From NCBI RefSeq assembly GCF_006345805.1, contig NC_043007.1, forward strand, positions 45,942,001 through 46,006,000: DNA of 64,000 bases, given 5' to 3'. The position numbers were made by a program, and so were the translations under genes. The notes below the pieces were generated by a model that was not told the DNA's origin, ran no database searches, and saw only the letters and a program-made list of their open reading frames with translations. The first letter of the stretch is position 1, and each line of letters opens with the position of its first letter. Source of the DNA: Octopus sinensis (taxonomy: Eukaryota). Positions 1-12,560 of this stretch are shown one piece after another.

Positions 1-39
1 TTTAAATTTTCTCAATTTCCACATTTCAAGTGTTGAAGT

Positions 40-1270
40 CGAGGCGACAGCCTAGTTTCGCGCTGGTAAATACTTTTTAGGAACTTTTTGCCGTTTGCAT
101 TTCATTATTTTATATGTTTCAAGTGCCTTTTTCATTCTTGGGTATTGGCTCAATAACAATATGTTCTGATATATAATGCTGATTATTTCTGTGTTTCTGG
201 GGGTGCATGGGTGGGGTGGAATTAAAGATATAGTTTTGGTCCATCTGAACAGTTTTTGCTTTCTTGCAATGTTTCAATGTCTTTTACTTTAGCGCATTCT
301 TTTCTATTCTATGTCCGATAATACGGTTACTCTCATTCAAGTAGTGCATCTTTCAATTGAAGTCGTCTTTGGTTATGACTATCCGGTCTGGAGACAATTG
401 TTCAAATTCTACTAGGACGAATGTGATATTGGATCGGGCATGATTTAGGTGGCATGAAAAAAATCGTCACTGTTTAAAGTCCCTTTGTTGTTGATGTCGG
501 TTCCATGGTGAACTGAAAAACCTTAATGATGCGACCGAGTAGGAACTCGAAATCATTGAATTCATTTAGGCTCTATATCCAGAGAAAAGGCAGTCATCTG
601 AGCATCGTATCCAAACTTTCACCAGATAATTTTGAAAATTGATATGTAATTTTATTTGTCCTGTTCATACATTAGGCCTTCCAGACATGCCATAACTAAG
701 ATCACGTATGTTGAGGCTATTTTTGTAATCATCGCTGTTCCAGATGTATGTTGGTATGTGTTTTTCTCGAAGATGAAGACGTTGTTTTGATGAATGAATT
801 TTAATCCTTCTGTGATCAAATCGGTCAGGAATTTCATCAGGGACATTTCTTAAACAAAATGATATTGTATCTTGTTCGTACTTCTCTGCGAAAGTGGTAT
901 AATGTATTATTACATGAAATGTACCACTTATGATATTCCTCTTAACTTTTCAGGAGGTGGCATAATAGGTCAAGTTTATCCCTTATGAAACTTGGTATGA
1001 ATTTTAAGAAAGTTTTTAACAACACGTCAAGTATGTTGCTATGCCTGTGAGTTTCACAGCCAGTGTCTCGGATCAGTCTTAATTTCTGTCCTTCAGAAAG
1101 GCGTGTTTATGCAATGTGTGTGATTCTTTGCAAGCATCAGAAATTGCTTTATTGTTGTGAAGTTTGGGAAATCTGTTGAAACCAAAAATAGTTTTAGTTA
1201 TAAAATCTTTATAAGTTAAGCCACTTCCGCGTTGGTCGATGAGAATGTTAAGTTGAAACATTGTTTATAT
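40..1270 (-). mobile_element. Decayed Penelope-like element (PLE), RT region
   Basis: Minus-strand translations give PLE RT motifs: GCETHRHSNILDVLLKTFLKFIPSFIRDKLD (~1060-960) and GLKFIHQNNVFIF...SGTAMITKIASTYVILVMACLE (ORF 652-846; cf. GTAMGT). A C-terminal helical-domain-like segment lies near 320-450. Many stops and frameshifts. Confidence 0.8.
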
Positions 1271-2597
1271 TTGTCGCTAGTTGCTTACTATTTTATAGTG
1301 CATGGTGTCTTGGAGTAAAGTTAATGCGATATTTTTGTGCAGTTCCATATATAAACTACAACACATCGCTTATAAGTTTGTTTTATGACTATTGTTATTT
1401 TTTGAAGTCATGTATAGTTTTCCATTCTATTCTTCCCGACTAGTAATGGACTCTTGTTTAGGAAATGGAAGTTCATTTTAAGGGAAAGTGGACATAAACT
1501 CAGAAAATGTACTTAGTATTTTGGTTCTCCCTTTTGTCGGGTTGTAATTGCTTTTGTTTTGGACAGTAGATTGATCAGTGTTTTCTTTATTGAAAAGATC
1601 GTCTTCTAATCTTAATTTTCTCTCACCTCCATATATACATATATATGTGCGTGCGTGTGTGTACATACTTCGTATTTCAAGACTTAAAATACTAGTAGAC
1701 ATACATACGTACATACATACATGCCTACATACATATATGCATGCACACACGCGCGCCCGCACACACATATATATCTATGTATGTGTATGTGTGTGGGGAG
1801 CATATTTTAGATGTAAACAGTTTTAGCATCACTGCAAACGTTGTAAATGAAATACATACCAGCGTGGTAGAATTCTGATTTGGTTTTAAATCTCAGCTAA
1901 AATTGTCTCTTATTCAAATATCTTTAAATTTTTTTACGTCAATACTGGTTTTAAGAATATTGCATGTGATTCTTGAAAACATGTTTCTTTGTGCTTTCTT
2001 AAATCATATTTATATCTTCCGTTGTGTTTATGTTCTTAAGCGTTTTTTTCCATTATGCTATGCTCTCTAATGCTTTTGAAATGCTCAAATTAAAACTATA
2101 TTCTAATCTCTGTTTTCTGTATTCAAATAAGAATCGTGTATTTTACGTTTCTCGCAAATAATCATAATTTACAAGAAAATAACGTTGGCATAATATCATC
2201 AGATCAAGAGGAATGTATGTGTAAAACGACAAAAGCTGTATTATGCACAAAGTTAAAAAAGGTTTTGGCTTTTCAATCAACTATGGAACAGCATTAATCG
2301 AAGACTCTTTTAGGTAATGTTTCATCTCTGTAGACATAGAAGGATATCTAACATAATGTAGTCCTAGATACACGTTGCCTACGACAGGTTGGGTTCTTCA
2401 CAATTGCAATGCATTGATAATACCTATGTACTTCAGGGCTATCTCAAAATTGAGTCTCACTGACTTCCGTTACTGTTACAAATGTAATACTTAGAGGGCT
2501 TTTAATTTATACAAACGTTAACATGTATTGTTAGTGGAACTTCTTTATCGTTGTTGTAATTTGTAATTTGTGATGTTGACCCGAATTGATAATTATT

Positions 2598-2811
2598 TCC
2601 TTTCTACTCTAGGCGCAATGCCGGAAATTTCCAGGGAGTGGGTGGTCGATTACGTGTTCCACATTACTAAACTAGTTCTTATTTTATTGACTCATAAAGG
2701 GTGAAAAGCAGAATCGACCTCGACGGGATTTGAACTAAGAACTTAAAGATGAACAAAATGCCGCTAAGACTTGTGTCGACCCTGCTAAAAGTTCTGGTAG
2801 GTAGCCGCCTT
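2598..2811 (-). mobile_element. tRNA-derived SINE (family with GGCGGCGAGC head), diverged
   Basis: Reverse-complement similarity to the copies at 17911-18075 and 28568-28967 (ctactctaggc...gtcgacctcgacggratttgaa... gccgcct). Confidence 0.75.
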
Positions 2812-3839
2812 CGTCCAATATTAATATTTTCTTGGATGACCAGGGAGCTGACAGAATCATTAGCTCACCGGGAAAATGCTCGGCAGCATTTGTCATGTCT
2901 GTTTGCTTGTCATTCTTTCGGCATTGATAAAATAAGTACCAGATGAGCACTGGTCGATGTAATCGATTTATTTCCACCCTCGATAATGCCGGCATAGTGG
3001 CAATATGTCAAATCCATAATTACTTGGATAAGTTACCCAAGATCTCCTACTACACGAACAAGAAATAGTTGAATGCTTGCAAAATTTATTCAGGTTTAAA
3101 ATATATTTGAATTTCTTCAGAACTTTACCCATTAATGTGAAACTGATTAAGACAGTACGCAATTCAGCTTTATACATCCACTTTTAAATGTTTTAAGAAG
3201 TTTATAATCTGCTATACTTACACTATTCTTTTAGACTAAATGATGCAATTAAATAGATTGATATAACGAACATGTGTTTGCTATTATGTTCTCAATGATT
3301 TTCCCTCAGAAATACATGACTTTACAAACACAGATAATTTCCATATGTACAAGATCATTAATATGAGTCATACTTTAAAACAATGATAAATTATACAGGT
3401 TTACTTTAGCATTTACATATAATCCTTTATAGTCGAGCAAACATATCGCATGGGCATGGAACAAATTTCAAATGCATAAATTTAAATCATTAGCAGATTC
3501 TGGCCGGACAATAGCATCAGGTTGAAAACTAGTGATATACAAACTTCGCAGAATCTTGACACATACCAAATGTAAGTGACTAATCACCAAATGTCAGGCA
3601 GTCTTTGGATCAAAGGTGAAGTTTTAGACAATAAATTACGATGCGTAACTTCACAATAGGAACAAATTCTACCTCGTTATCAATTCATAGTGTGCTTATG
3701 AAAAATTCCCGTATATAGAAGCAGTAAGTAAGAACACAATACTATCAACATATCGTATAAATATTAGGTCCTGAAATGAAGACCCATGCCCATCTACTGT
3801 ATGCTTTACATACTAAAGCAAATAATCGAACTCTAATAG

Positions 3840-4067
3840 GAGATGAGAACTGCACGTAATGATACAGAGACTTACAAACCCGGAGTGAGTTTAGCGTGGT
3901 TGGTGGAAAAATATTACTTTATAATTTTTTTTTTCTTAATTTGTTCCATTAAGAAATTCAGGAGTTTGATATCACAGCAGTTTGAAAAATACTATAACAT
4001 GTTGACCAATAAATTCTCAACTATAAATACACCCTCTCGAGATATGACGGCAAAACAAATATTTTAA
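3840..4067 (+). CDS. Candidate last two exons of an unidentified plus-strand gene (3840-3884 and 3954-4067)
   Basis: aatag|GAG...GGA|gtgagt, then a 69-nt intron with a long poly-T tract ending cattaag|. Phase-0 join gives EMRTARNDTETYKPG-KFRSLISQQFEKYY...KQIF*. No homology recognised. Confidence 0.3.
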   Translation, partial: EMRTARNDTETYKPGVSLAWLVEKYYFIIFFFLICSIKKFRSLISQQFEKYYNMLTNKFSTINTPSRDMTAKQIF

Positions 4068-4644
4068 CTTGATTCCTTCTTTGCTCGACTCTCAAACTAA
4101 ACAGTCAACCCTTAGAAATCTGTATTCGATACCATCATAAATTAAATAATTTCACAATAACAAGGAGAGAAATAATAATTGGTAATTTCGATTAAAGCAC
4201 AATGAACAATTAAAACAATAAAATATATTCTGAGTGAACACCAAGAATATAATTTCAGAAATGTATGTAGGTAATCCCCGTTTATTTGTATGTGGGGATT
4301 CATAAACAGACTGTAAATAAAACAAAAGCACATGATATTGCGAATAGATAAACGTCGTAAATCAAGCGTAGAAAGGTTGTCTATGGACAATAGTATAAAG
4401 TTGAGTATAATTTTACTTAAAAATAACATACACTCCAAATTTGTCGAAATATAGAAAGTATGTCGTAGATTGTCAGCAAACAGCATATTAACGTCACATA
4501 GTTATAGTTGCCGTCGCCAAGAGAATAAAAGCTAAAACATCTAGGGTGTTGTAAAACATGAAAGCTCTTGTGGATATATAACTGAAAACAAAATTTGAAA
4601 AACCATTATCATGGTGATATTATTTATCATCATCATCATATATT

Positions 4645-4795
4645 CGAGGGACGTTCAATAAGTAATGCCTCTGACCCACTTGCAGTTGTTGGATCTAGCT
4701 GAAATTTTGCATGTGCAATCATTTATATCTCTATAGAGTAAGTGGCAAATTACAGCTCTGAATTAATTGTGGTTTCTGAATTACAGAAGTTGAAG
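4645..4795 (+). mobile_element. Truncated left end of the same mariner family as 5092-6379
   Basis: Starts CGAGGGACGTTCAATAAGTAATGCCTCTGACCCACTT and follows the 5092 copy for about 150 bp. Confidence 0.9.
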
Positions 4796-5091
4796 TGTGT
4801 CACAAACACAGTTTAACTAATCTAAAGTTTGCTTATGCCTAAACATTGCTTGGTGCTGATAACAGTACTGAAAAAGGGCAAATAGCCTGAAACCAGGTTG
4901 GTCTACTGGTCTTGTCAAATCGCTATATGGTAGGGATTCGCTCCCCTGCTCTCAACATATCAGACATAGGTTGTGTCATTAACCAGCTGGAGGAGGTGTT
5001 CTGGGCTAAAAAAGTAGTAATGTTGTTCTGTATGAAACACCCACGTTGAAGCACCAACAAACATTACTTTATATATATATATATGTATATA

Positions 5092-6379
5092 CGAGGGACG
5101 TTAAATATGTAATGCCTCTGACCCACTTGCAGCTGTTTGATCTAGCTGAAATTTTGCATGTGCAATCATTTATATCTATATAGAGAAAGCGGCAAATTAC
5201 AGCTCTGAATTAATTGTGGTTTCTGATTTACAGGTGTTTGAACCGAGTCAATTGTGAAATGGAGCCTGTTGAGTGTCGAGCAGTGATCCGGTTTTTGTAT
5301 TTGAAAGGACGCACACCACGGGAGACTGTTGATGAAATGAAAGTAACTTATGGTGATGATGCCCCATCATATGACCTTGTAAAACGCTGGCATCGTGAAT
5401 TCAAACATGGTCGGAACTCTGTGGAAACAGCTCCCAGATCTGGTCGCCCCTTCTGCCATTGATGAGGCATCTGTCGCCAAGTTGAGGCTGCCATTTTGGA
5501 AGATCGACGCATAATTATTCGCCAAATAGCCCATGAGGTCAAGATTAGTACCGGGTCTGTGGAAACTATAATTCATGACCATTTACATATGCAAAAGGTG
5601 TCTGCCAGATGGATTCCCAGGTTGCTCACGCCTTTCCAGAAGCAAGAACGCGTCGAGTGCTCGAGGGTGAATTTGGAGATGTGCCAAAAGATGAGTCAAC
5701 ATTTTTCAAAAGACTGATTACACAGGATGAAACCTGGGTCCATCACTATGATCCAGAGACCAAAGCCCAGTCAATGCAGTGGAAGCACCGTGACTCACCC
5801 CCTCCAAAGAAGGCAAGGGTGCAGCCCTCCGCTGGCAAGGTCATGCTCACAGTCTTCTGGGACCAGGACGGAGTAGTGATGACAGATTTCCTGACAAAGG
5901 GTACCACAATTGCAGGAGCCTATTATGCTTCACTTTTGAGGAAATTAAGAGAAGCTATCAAAATCAAGAGGCGGGGCAAGATCAGCAAAGGCATCCTCCT
6001 CTTGCAGGACAACGCTCCGGTCCACAACTCGCTTGTCGCCAGATCAGAAGCACAGGCGTATGGCTATGAACTCCTCCCCCATCCCCCTACTTTCCTGACC
6101 TTGCACCCTCTGATTTTCACCTCTTCCCAGTCATGAAGTTGTTTTTGAAAGGAAAGCGTTTCCCAGATGATGCAGCCTTGATTTCTGAAGTCACGTTCAG
6201 GTTGGAGGACCAAGCTTGGGTCTTCTACACAAACGGTCTCCAGAGCTGCATGAAATAATGGGAGAAATGCGTAACTTTGGATGGTTCCTATGTAGATAAA
6301 GACTAATAACTGTGCCAAGTTTTGTTGCTCTACTGCTATGGGAAGTGGGTCAGGGGCATTACTTATTGAACGCCCCTCG
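5092..6379 (+). mobile_element. Full-length mariner DNA transposon (1288 bp), inactivated
   Basis: TA target duplication at 5090-91 and 6380-81. TIRs CGAGGGACGTTAAATATGTAATGCCTCTGACCCACTT / AAGTGGGTCAGGGGCATTACTTATTGAACGCCCCTCG. Confidence 0.95.
5259..6306 (+). pseudogene. Mariner DD34D transposase, frameshifted
   Basis: MEPVECRAVIRFLYLKG...RSGRP (HTH), SARWIPRLL, LITQDETWVHHYDPETK, LLQDNAPVH and a frameshifted HPPYSPDLAPSDF-like motif, split over ORFs 5214-5462, 5496-5717 and 5609-6136. Stop TAA at 6304-6306. Confidence 0.95.
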
Positions 6380-6419
6380 TATATGTAAGGTCACTTATGA
6401 GACTCTCAGAGTGCGAATA

Positions 6420-9400
6420 GTAACATGGAATCCAGTACAACCTGTTGCATGGTCGGGTTGCCGGCAACTAAATTGGCATCCCCACCAGGCTATCCCGGTG
6501 AGGAGGTTTGCTAGAAATCGAGCAGAATTAAAAGCAAAACCTGTTGATAGTCCAGATGAACCTAGTGCAGGCTGAACGGCTATCTAGCAATAGCACGAGT
6601 ACGCAGAAATTCTGGGATGTAGTCCGGTGTGCTGAAAGATCACTGGGAGTGAGGCACCCTCAGCTTCTGTTGAAGTATGTCTCTAAGAGGTCACTCTGAT
6701 ATAAAACTAGAAATGCAGGGATGGCATTGGACATTTTGGGGATCTTTGGTTTCTGCTAGAGATCATGACGCTTCTACATCCCTGGGCCTGCGATTCATAT
6801 TGGCACCAGGCATCTTGCTCCGGCTTATTTCTAGATAATGTCAACAAAGCGGAGAGGATCTATGACGTGTCGTGCAAGCCTTATTCGAACTAAAGCTCTT
6901 CACAGGCATTGCTGACTTCTGCACTATGTGTGTTTTTTCCTATATAAATTTATTTCCTTTTTAGCATATATTTATCTTTATTTTTAGTATATATTTATGT
7001 ATTTTTCGTATATTTTATTTTATTTTTTATTCGGAAGTCCTGCAGCGATGGTAAGTTTCGTGAAGCATGCGTGTGGTCAGCGACCTGCAAGTAAGCGACC
7101 AACACTAGATATAAAGTCGTCTCCTTGTCGCCCAAGACAGCGGTAGAATTCGGTTGCTGCATGAGTATCTGAACAGTTCCATTTGGAGAGGGCACTGCTC
7201 ACCCTGAGGCCGGGGAGGTTCTAGAAAAGGTGAACCAAAAATTGCCTGTCTTTCTATATCTGGTCAGTTTAGCGCAACTGACGGATGTCCAACCTGCGCT
7301 CGAAAAGCAAAAAGACTTTTTACAAAATCTGGATGGAACTTAAACATTTCATGTTGGAATGTGCACACTCTGTTGGATAACAAGAATGATTCTAGGCCTG
7401 AAAGACGCACTGCACCTGTTGCTCGTGAGCTGAACCGTTATAACATTGATATAGCTATACTTTCAGAGACTCGTATAGAAGGTGATGATCAGCTTGAGGA
7501 AGTAGGAGGTGGATACACCTTTTTTATGGAAGGGGAGGCGGAAGGGGAAACGCAGAGAGGCTGATGTTGATTTCGCAGTTCGATCTCATATCCTTAAGAA
7601 GTTGGTGGTGCTTCTTGTTCCCCTAAATGAACGTCTAATGACTCTACGATTGCACCTGCAAAGTGGGCAGTTTGCTGCTCTAAGTTCCTATGCACCTATT
7701 TTGACTAGCTGTGATGACCGATTTGATCACAGAAGGATTAAAATTCATTCATCAAAACAACGTCTTCATCTTCGAGAAAACTATTTTTTATACCCAGCTG
7801 AGAGCCATACTTAGGAAAATCCCCAATTCTACTGGGGGATCTCAATGCCAGGGTTGGAAGAGACTGGCAAAGATGGAACTCTCTAGGACGTTTTGGAGTA
7901 GGGAATGTGAATAGCAATGGTCTCATGCTGCTGGAGCTTTGCGATTAACCTGGACTTTACATCGCAAGCACTCATTTTATGCACAAAGGTGATCACACAA
8001 CAACGTAGATGCATCCAAGGTCTGAAGTTTGCCACTTGCTGGATCATGTCATCCGCAAGCGTGATATCTATGACATTTGTAATGTCAAGTCCTTTCATGG
8101 ATCGGAATGCTGGACAGCCCACAGTCTTGTGCGAGCAAAGTTCCAGAGGATGATTATAGTGAAAGAGAGAAGAAGGCCAGTCAGCAATAATCGGCGTCTG
8201 AATGTCCACAAGATATATGACGCTGTGTTGAGGAAAGAGCTTCAGACTCGCTTGTCCAGCATTGCATATACTGCCACATGGGAGGTTTTTCGAGACCAGG
8301 TTCTTCAATATGCTGCTGAAACACTGGAATTTGCTGCTTCCAGACACTGATACTGGTTTGATGAAAAGGATGCTGAAGTTAAGCGACTATTGGCTTTAAA
8401 GCGCCATACTTACAATGTATTGCTACACAGAAATTTCTGCTGTACAGCGACATCTATCACTTGCCCACTATAGCAGTGTAAAATCACTACTGCAGCGATC
8501 TCTCAGGAAGATGCAGATCACTTGGTGGAAGGATCTTGCGCCGATGGTCAGGCTGTTGATGATGCAAATGACAGGAAAAAGTTTTACCATCTTATGAAGC
8601 AAATTTATGGGCCTAAGAGCTCGATATCAGCTCCTTTACTTTCGAAAGAGTCTTCCACTCTATCGACAGAAATCACAGTTCATTGGATCGAGTACTTCAC
8701 TGAAATCCTAAACCATAAGTCAATTGAGGATTAAACAGCGATTGATACTATGTAGCAAAGACCTATCATTGGCTGCTTAAATTCCACGCCCTCAAGAGGT
8801 GAAGTAATGACATCAAGAAGTAAATTCAGGCTTTGAAGGGCACCTGGAAAGAATGGAATTTGTGCTGAGATCTTGCGATTTGGTGGTGATTACATCATAC
8901 AGTCTCTTCATGAACTTATTTTTGCAGTCTGGAGTCCTACTACTATCATGTAGTAGTCCTACTACTATCATGGCACTCCCACATTCTTCTTCTCCCCCCC
9001 TCATCGTCCTCCTCCTCCTTCTTCTTCTTCTTCTTCTTCTTCTTCTTCTTCTTTTCTTCTTCTTCTTCTTCTTCTTTCTTCTTCTTCTTCTGCTTCCTCT
9101 TCTTCTTCTTCACCTTCTCTGCCAAGAATTCGCAACATTGACATCGATTTCCAGTCTAAGGACTGGAAGGATGCAATTATTTTTCGTCCCTATAAAAGAA
9201 AAGGAACCAGAATAATGTGTGGTAACTACAGACGTTATTCTCTACTATCAGCTACTGGCAAATATTTTTTCCCGCCTGAATGACTGTCTCGTAAAAGTTT
9301 TCCTTTCTGAATCTCAATGTGGCTTCCGATGTGGTAAAGGGAAAATGGATATGACTTTCACAGCAAGACAGATGCAGAAGTGCTATCGGCAGAATATGGA

Positions 9401-9497
9401 TCTTGTTCAATCATTCATTGATTTAACGAAGGCCTTGGCATTGTAAATAGGGCATTTCTGTGGAAAATACTTGGCGAACTTGGATGTCCGGATCACT
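6420..9497 (+). mobile_element. RTE/BovB-clade LINE: 5' UTR, APE endonuclease and N-terminal RT; 3'-truncated and disrupted
   Basis: SCWNVHTLLDNKNDSRPERRTAPVARELNRYNIDIAILSETR, SSYAPIL, LLGDLNARVGRDW, KAPGKNGICAEI, KDWKDAII..YKRKG..CGNYR, ESQCGFR, FIDLTKA. Ends at a (TTC)n tract. Confidence 0.92.
7715..7780 (+). repeat. 66-bp exact inverted copy of 762-827 inserted in the RTE endonuclease
   Basis: TGACCGATTTGATCACAGAAGGATTAAAATTCATTCATCAAAACAACGTCTTCATCTTCGAGAAAA is the reverse complement of 762-827, 66/66 by eye. Both places translate to TDLITEGLKFIHQNNVFIFEK. Confidence 0.95.
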
Positions 9498-9660
9498 TTC
9501 TTCTTCTTCTTCTTCTTCTTCTTCTTCTTCTTCTTCTTCTTCTTCTTCTTCTTCTTCTTCTTCTTCTTCTTCTTCTTCTTCTTCTTCTTCTTCTTCTTCT
9601 TCTTCTTCTTCTTCTTCTTCTTCTTCTTCTTCTTCTTCTTCTTCTTCTTCTTCTTCTTCT
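9497..9660. repeat. Pure (TTC)n microsatellite; a degenerate sister tract lies at ~8985-9118
   Basis: Direct reading. Both tracts are followed by CTGCCAAGAATTCGCAACA. Confidence 0.97.
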
Positions 9661-9774
9661 CTGCCAAGAATTCGCAACAACCTCGAACCCACAATTTTTT
9701 ATAAAATTATCTTGGCATTTTCTACCTTGACTTTTTTCCGTATATATTAACTCGTGTGTTCCTTTTCGAACTTG

Positions 9775-9852
<78 letters not shown>

Positions 9853-10555
9853 TATTTATAACTGTGCTCGTGTATATAAGTGTATGTGATGTATCTGTAT
9901 ATATATACATTTGCATATGTGTGTAGCAGGTGCGTGTGTATGTCTAAGCCAGCATGTGTGCGTTTGAATTATTAAAGAACTTACGATTTATAAATCATTG
10001 ACATCGATTTCATAGACAGAGTAGTCCGTCTGAATAAGTATATATAAATTAACCTCATTGTTGCTGAGAATGTAATACACAGTAAAGTGATGTAGGAATG
10101 TAATGCTTGCTCTGTAACGTAAGCAAATACACAAGTATATTCACAATAAGATCGAATAGCTTGAAATTATGTATTTTTGAAATTATGCATTTTTTCGATT
10201 ATCGATATATATATAAATATATACATACAATAGTTAGATTAAAATAAGATGTACACAAACATGAAGACAAAACATTGAATCACGTGTACAATGTGTTTAA
10301 ATAGATTGAAATACTAAGAACGTAAAGATATGTATAAATGAATATGCATGTGTTTGTGCATGTATACATTTATTTCAATGCCTGTTTTTGATTCTGGTGC
10401 ACTTCTGATAAGGCTTATACTAATCCTGCTATATATTTATATATACATATGTGTGGTCGTGTATGTGTATGTGTGTGTATGTGTGTGTTGGCATTTATAT
10501 CTACGTATAGAGCTATGCATATATATATATATATACATACATACATACATACATT

Positions 10556-10595
<40 letters not shown>

Positions 10596-10645
10596 TACAT
10601 ACATACATGCATTCACACACACTCACACACAGACACATATATGTC

Positions 10646-10806
10646 TATATACGACTGGCTTGTTTCAGTTTCGGCCAACCAAATCCATTTGCAAGGTCTT
10701 AGTCGGCCCGAGGCTACAGTAGAAGGCACTTGGCTAAAATGCTACGCAGTAGAACTGAGCCTGAATCCCATGTGATTGGGAAGCATGCTGGTTACCGCAA
10801 AGCCAC
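10646..10806 (-). mobile_element. tRNA-derived SINE head/body (GTGGCTGTGTGG-type family), diverged
   Basis: Similar to 18478-18620 (+) and 53195-53263 (-): tatatacgac...caaatcca...caagg..ttagtcggcccgagg. Confidence 0.8.
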
Positions 10807-12459
10807 GTAAATGCGTATACATGTGTACATATATAAACACAGACTTATACGTATTGTGTGCGTATACTTACATACACACACACACACGCACACACATACA
10901 CACACACAAACATATATATATATATATATATATTTTACAAGTACAACTAACCTTTGATTACATTCTTACATTGCACGAAATCCTGAAAATGTGATCGAAT
11001 GCAATATTTTATTATATGAATATTTTATTCAAATTATCATGTCCGAATCTATGATGATAAAATTATGGGGCATAAAGTCCACAAATAGATTCTACTTATT
11101 GCCTCCAGAGTCCACCGAACTACACTGAACATGTATACATAGAAATAAATGGAAATATATCTTTATATATAGAAAAAAGTGAAGAGAGGTAAAGGTAGAA
11201 GAAATAACTGACACGATTTTGTTATTAATACTCCTAGTATATCTTTATATTATATTTCCTTTTGTGTCATGTTCTTCTGGTACATTTTATTAAAAGCTGA
11301 CGACAGTTTCAAGTTATCTTAAAATGAACTGCTGAAGATATATTATAGATAAAACAATCGTGTCTGGTAGATTAGCAGCGAACAATGCCAATAACTCTGT
11401 TTAGCTTCGAGTCTGAAACTATTTCTCGCGTGCTGTCAGCACTCAATGAAACCATGTATTACTTGAAGTTCCATTAATTTCCTACCTTCTAATATTACTG
11501 AAACTATATGCTTATGTTAGAACGAAATTTTATACAGTAAAAAACAAAATGAATCTAAAACAAAAGGAAACCAGCAAGAATTATTGTCCCTTTCTTGTCA
11601 AGAATCATTAATTTAAAAGCAGTATTAAATATATGAATGTTAAGTACGTTATTTCATACTTTATTTGTGAACGTGCTACTTTATATATCAATAATTTATA
11701 TCAATATGTAATTCTATTGGAAGATTATTATCAAGAAACAACATAAAAAGTTAAAACATTTGTCAAAGCAATTTGAATGCACTTACTATAAATTAAATTT
11801 TATTTTGTATACAGGACAATATCTAGCGGATGTTACATCAATTAGATACTATCTGATTTGCACAAACAAATCATATACGCTAGAAAAATTGATGCACGTA
11901 GAAATAATTCTATGATCTATATGTGTAGGTTATATTGCATAACTCATACCCAGCCTTAATTCTAATATTTTTGGTAATCCACAGATGATATTGCAAAGAA
12001 TTAATCCCACAAAATATCTTAATGTTCTCAGATATGATTTAACAATTTGCAAATTGGACATAGCTGTTTGAGATTCACAAGTCAATTAAATAAATGTTTC
12101 ACGTTATATTTCCTGTTTCCATTAGGAAATGAAGTTCTTATGATACAATTAACATGGAGAAAATTATGGTAGTGTGTGAAATAATGAACTAATAATTAAG
12201 GATTATTGGAAGAGTTCGAATGAACGGTAAATTTTGTGATAAAGTTTTATTTTCAGGAATCTCCAGATCACGTCTCATCACCTCTAATCTTAGCAACATA
12301 ATGACACTATAAAAGTATAATGTACCTGAATTTATTGGAATGAGATCTTTGATACTGATGTCTGATACATACATTTCAGCACAGGAATATTAATAGTTAG
12401 TCCTTCGTATACACAGTAAAGATGAATAATTATATCATCTTGAATTTTAGTTAACTAAC

Positions 12460-12560
12460 ATAGTTAAAGACATTTTCATGTGACAGTGACAAGTTATAAT
12501 TTTTCTTGATCTCCAACTGCTTGTGCAAAGCAATGAAATGTACCGTTAATAGTGTGTACA
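12460..12560 (-). CDS. Weak candidate exon of the minus-strand host gene
   Basis: ccttttcag|TG TAC...AAC TAT|gttagt; 101 nt open: YTLLTVHFIALHKQLEIKKNYNLSLSHENVFNY. Confidence 0.25.

Noticed and set aside
1040-1075. Hammerhead-like text CTGATCC...GAAAC on the minus strand
   Set aside because: Lies in the PLE RT coding frame (GCETHR) and the core is broken; coincidental.
2170-3570. Several possible plus-strand exons (2170s, 3031-3186, 3488-3569 with GTAAGT)
   Set aside because: Could not be joined in consistent phase to each other or to 3840; such signals are frequent by chance in AT-rich DNA.
4142-4486. 114-aa hydrophobic ORF
   Set aside because: Composition expected from AT-rich sequence; no motif or splice support.
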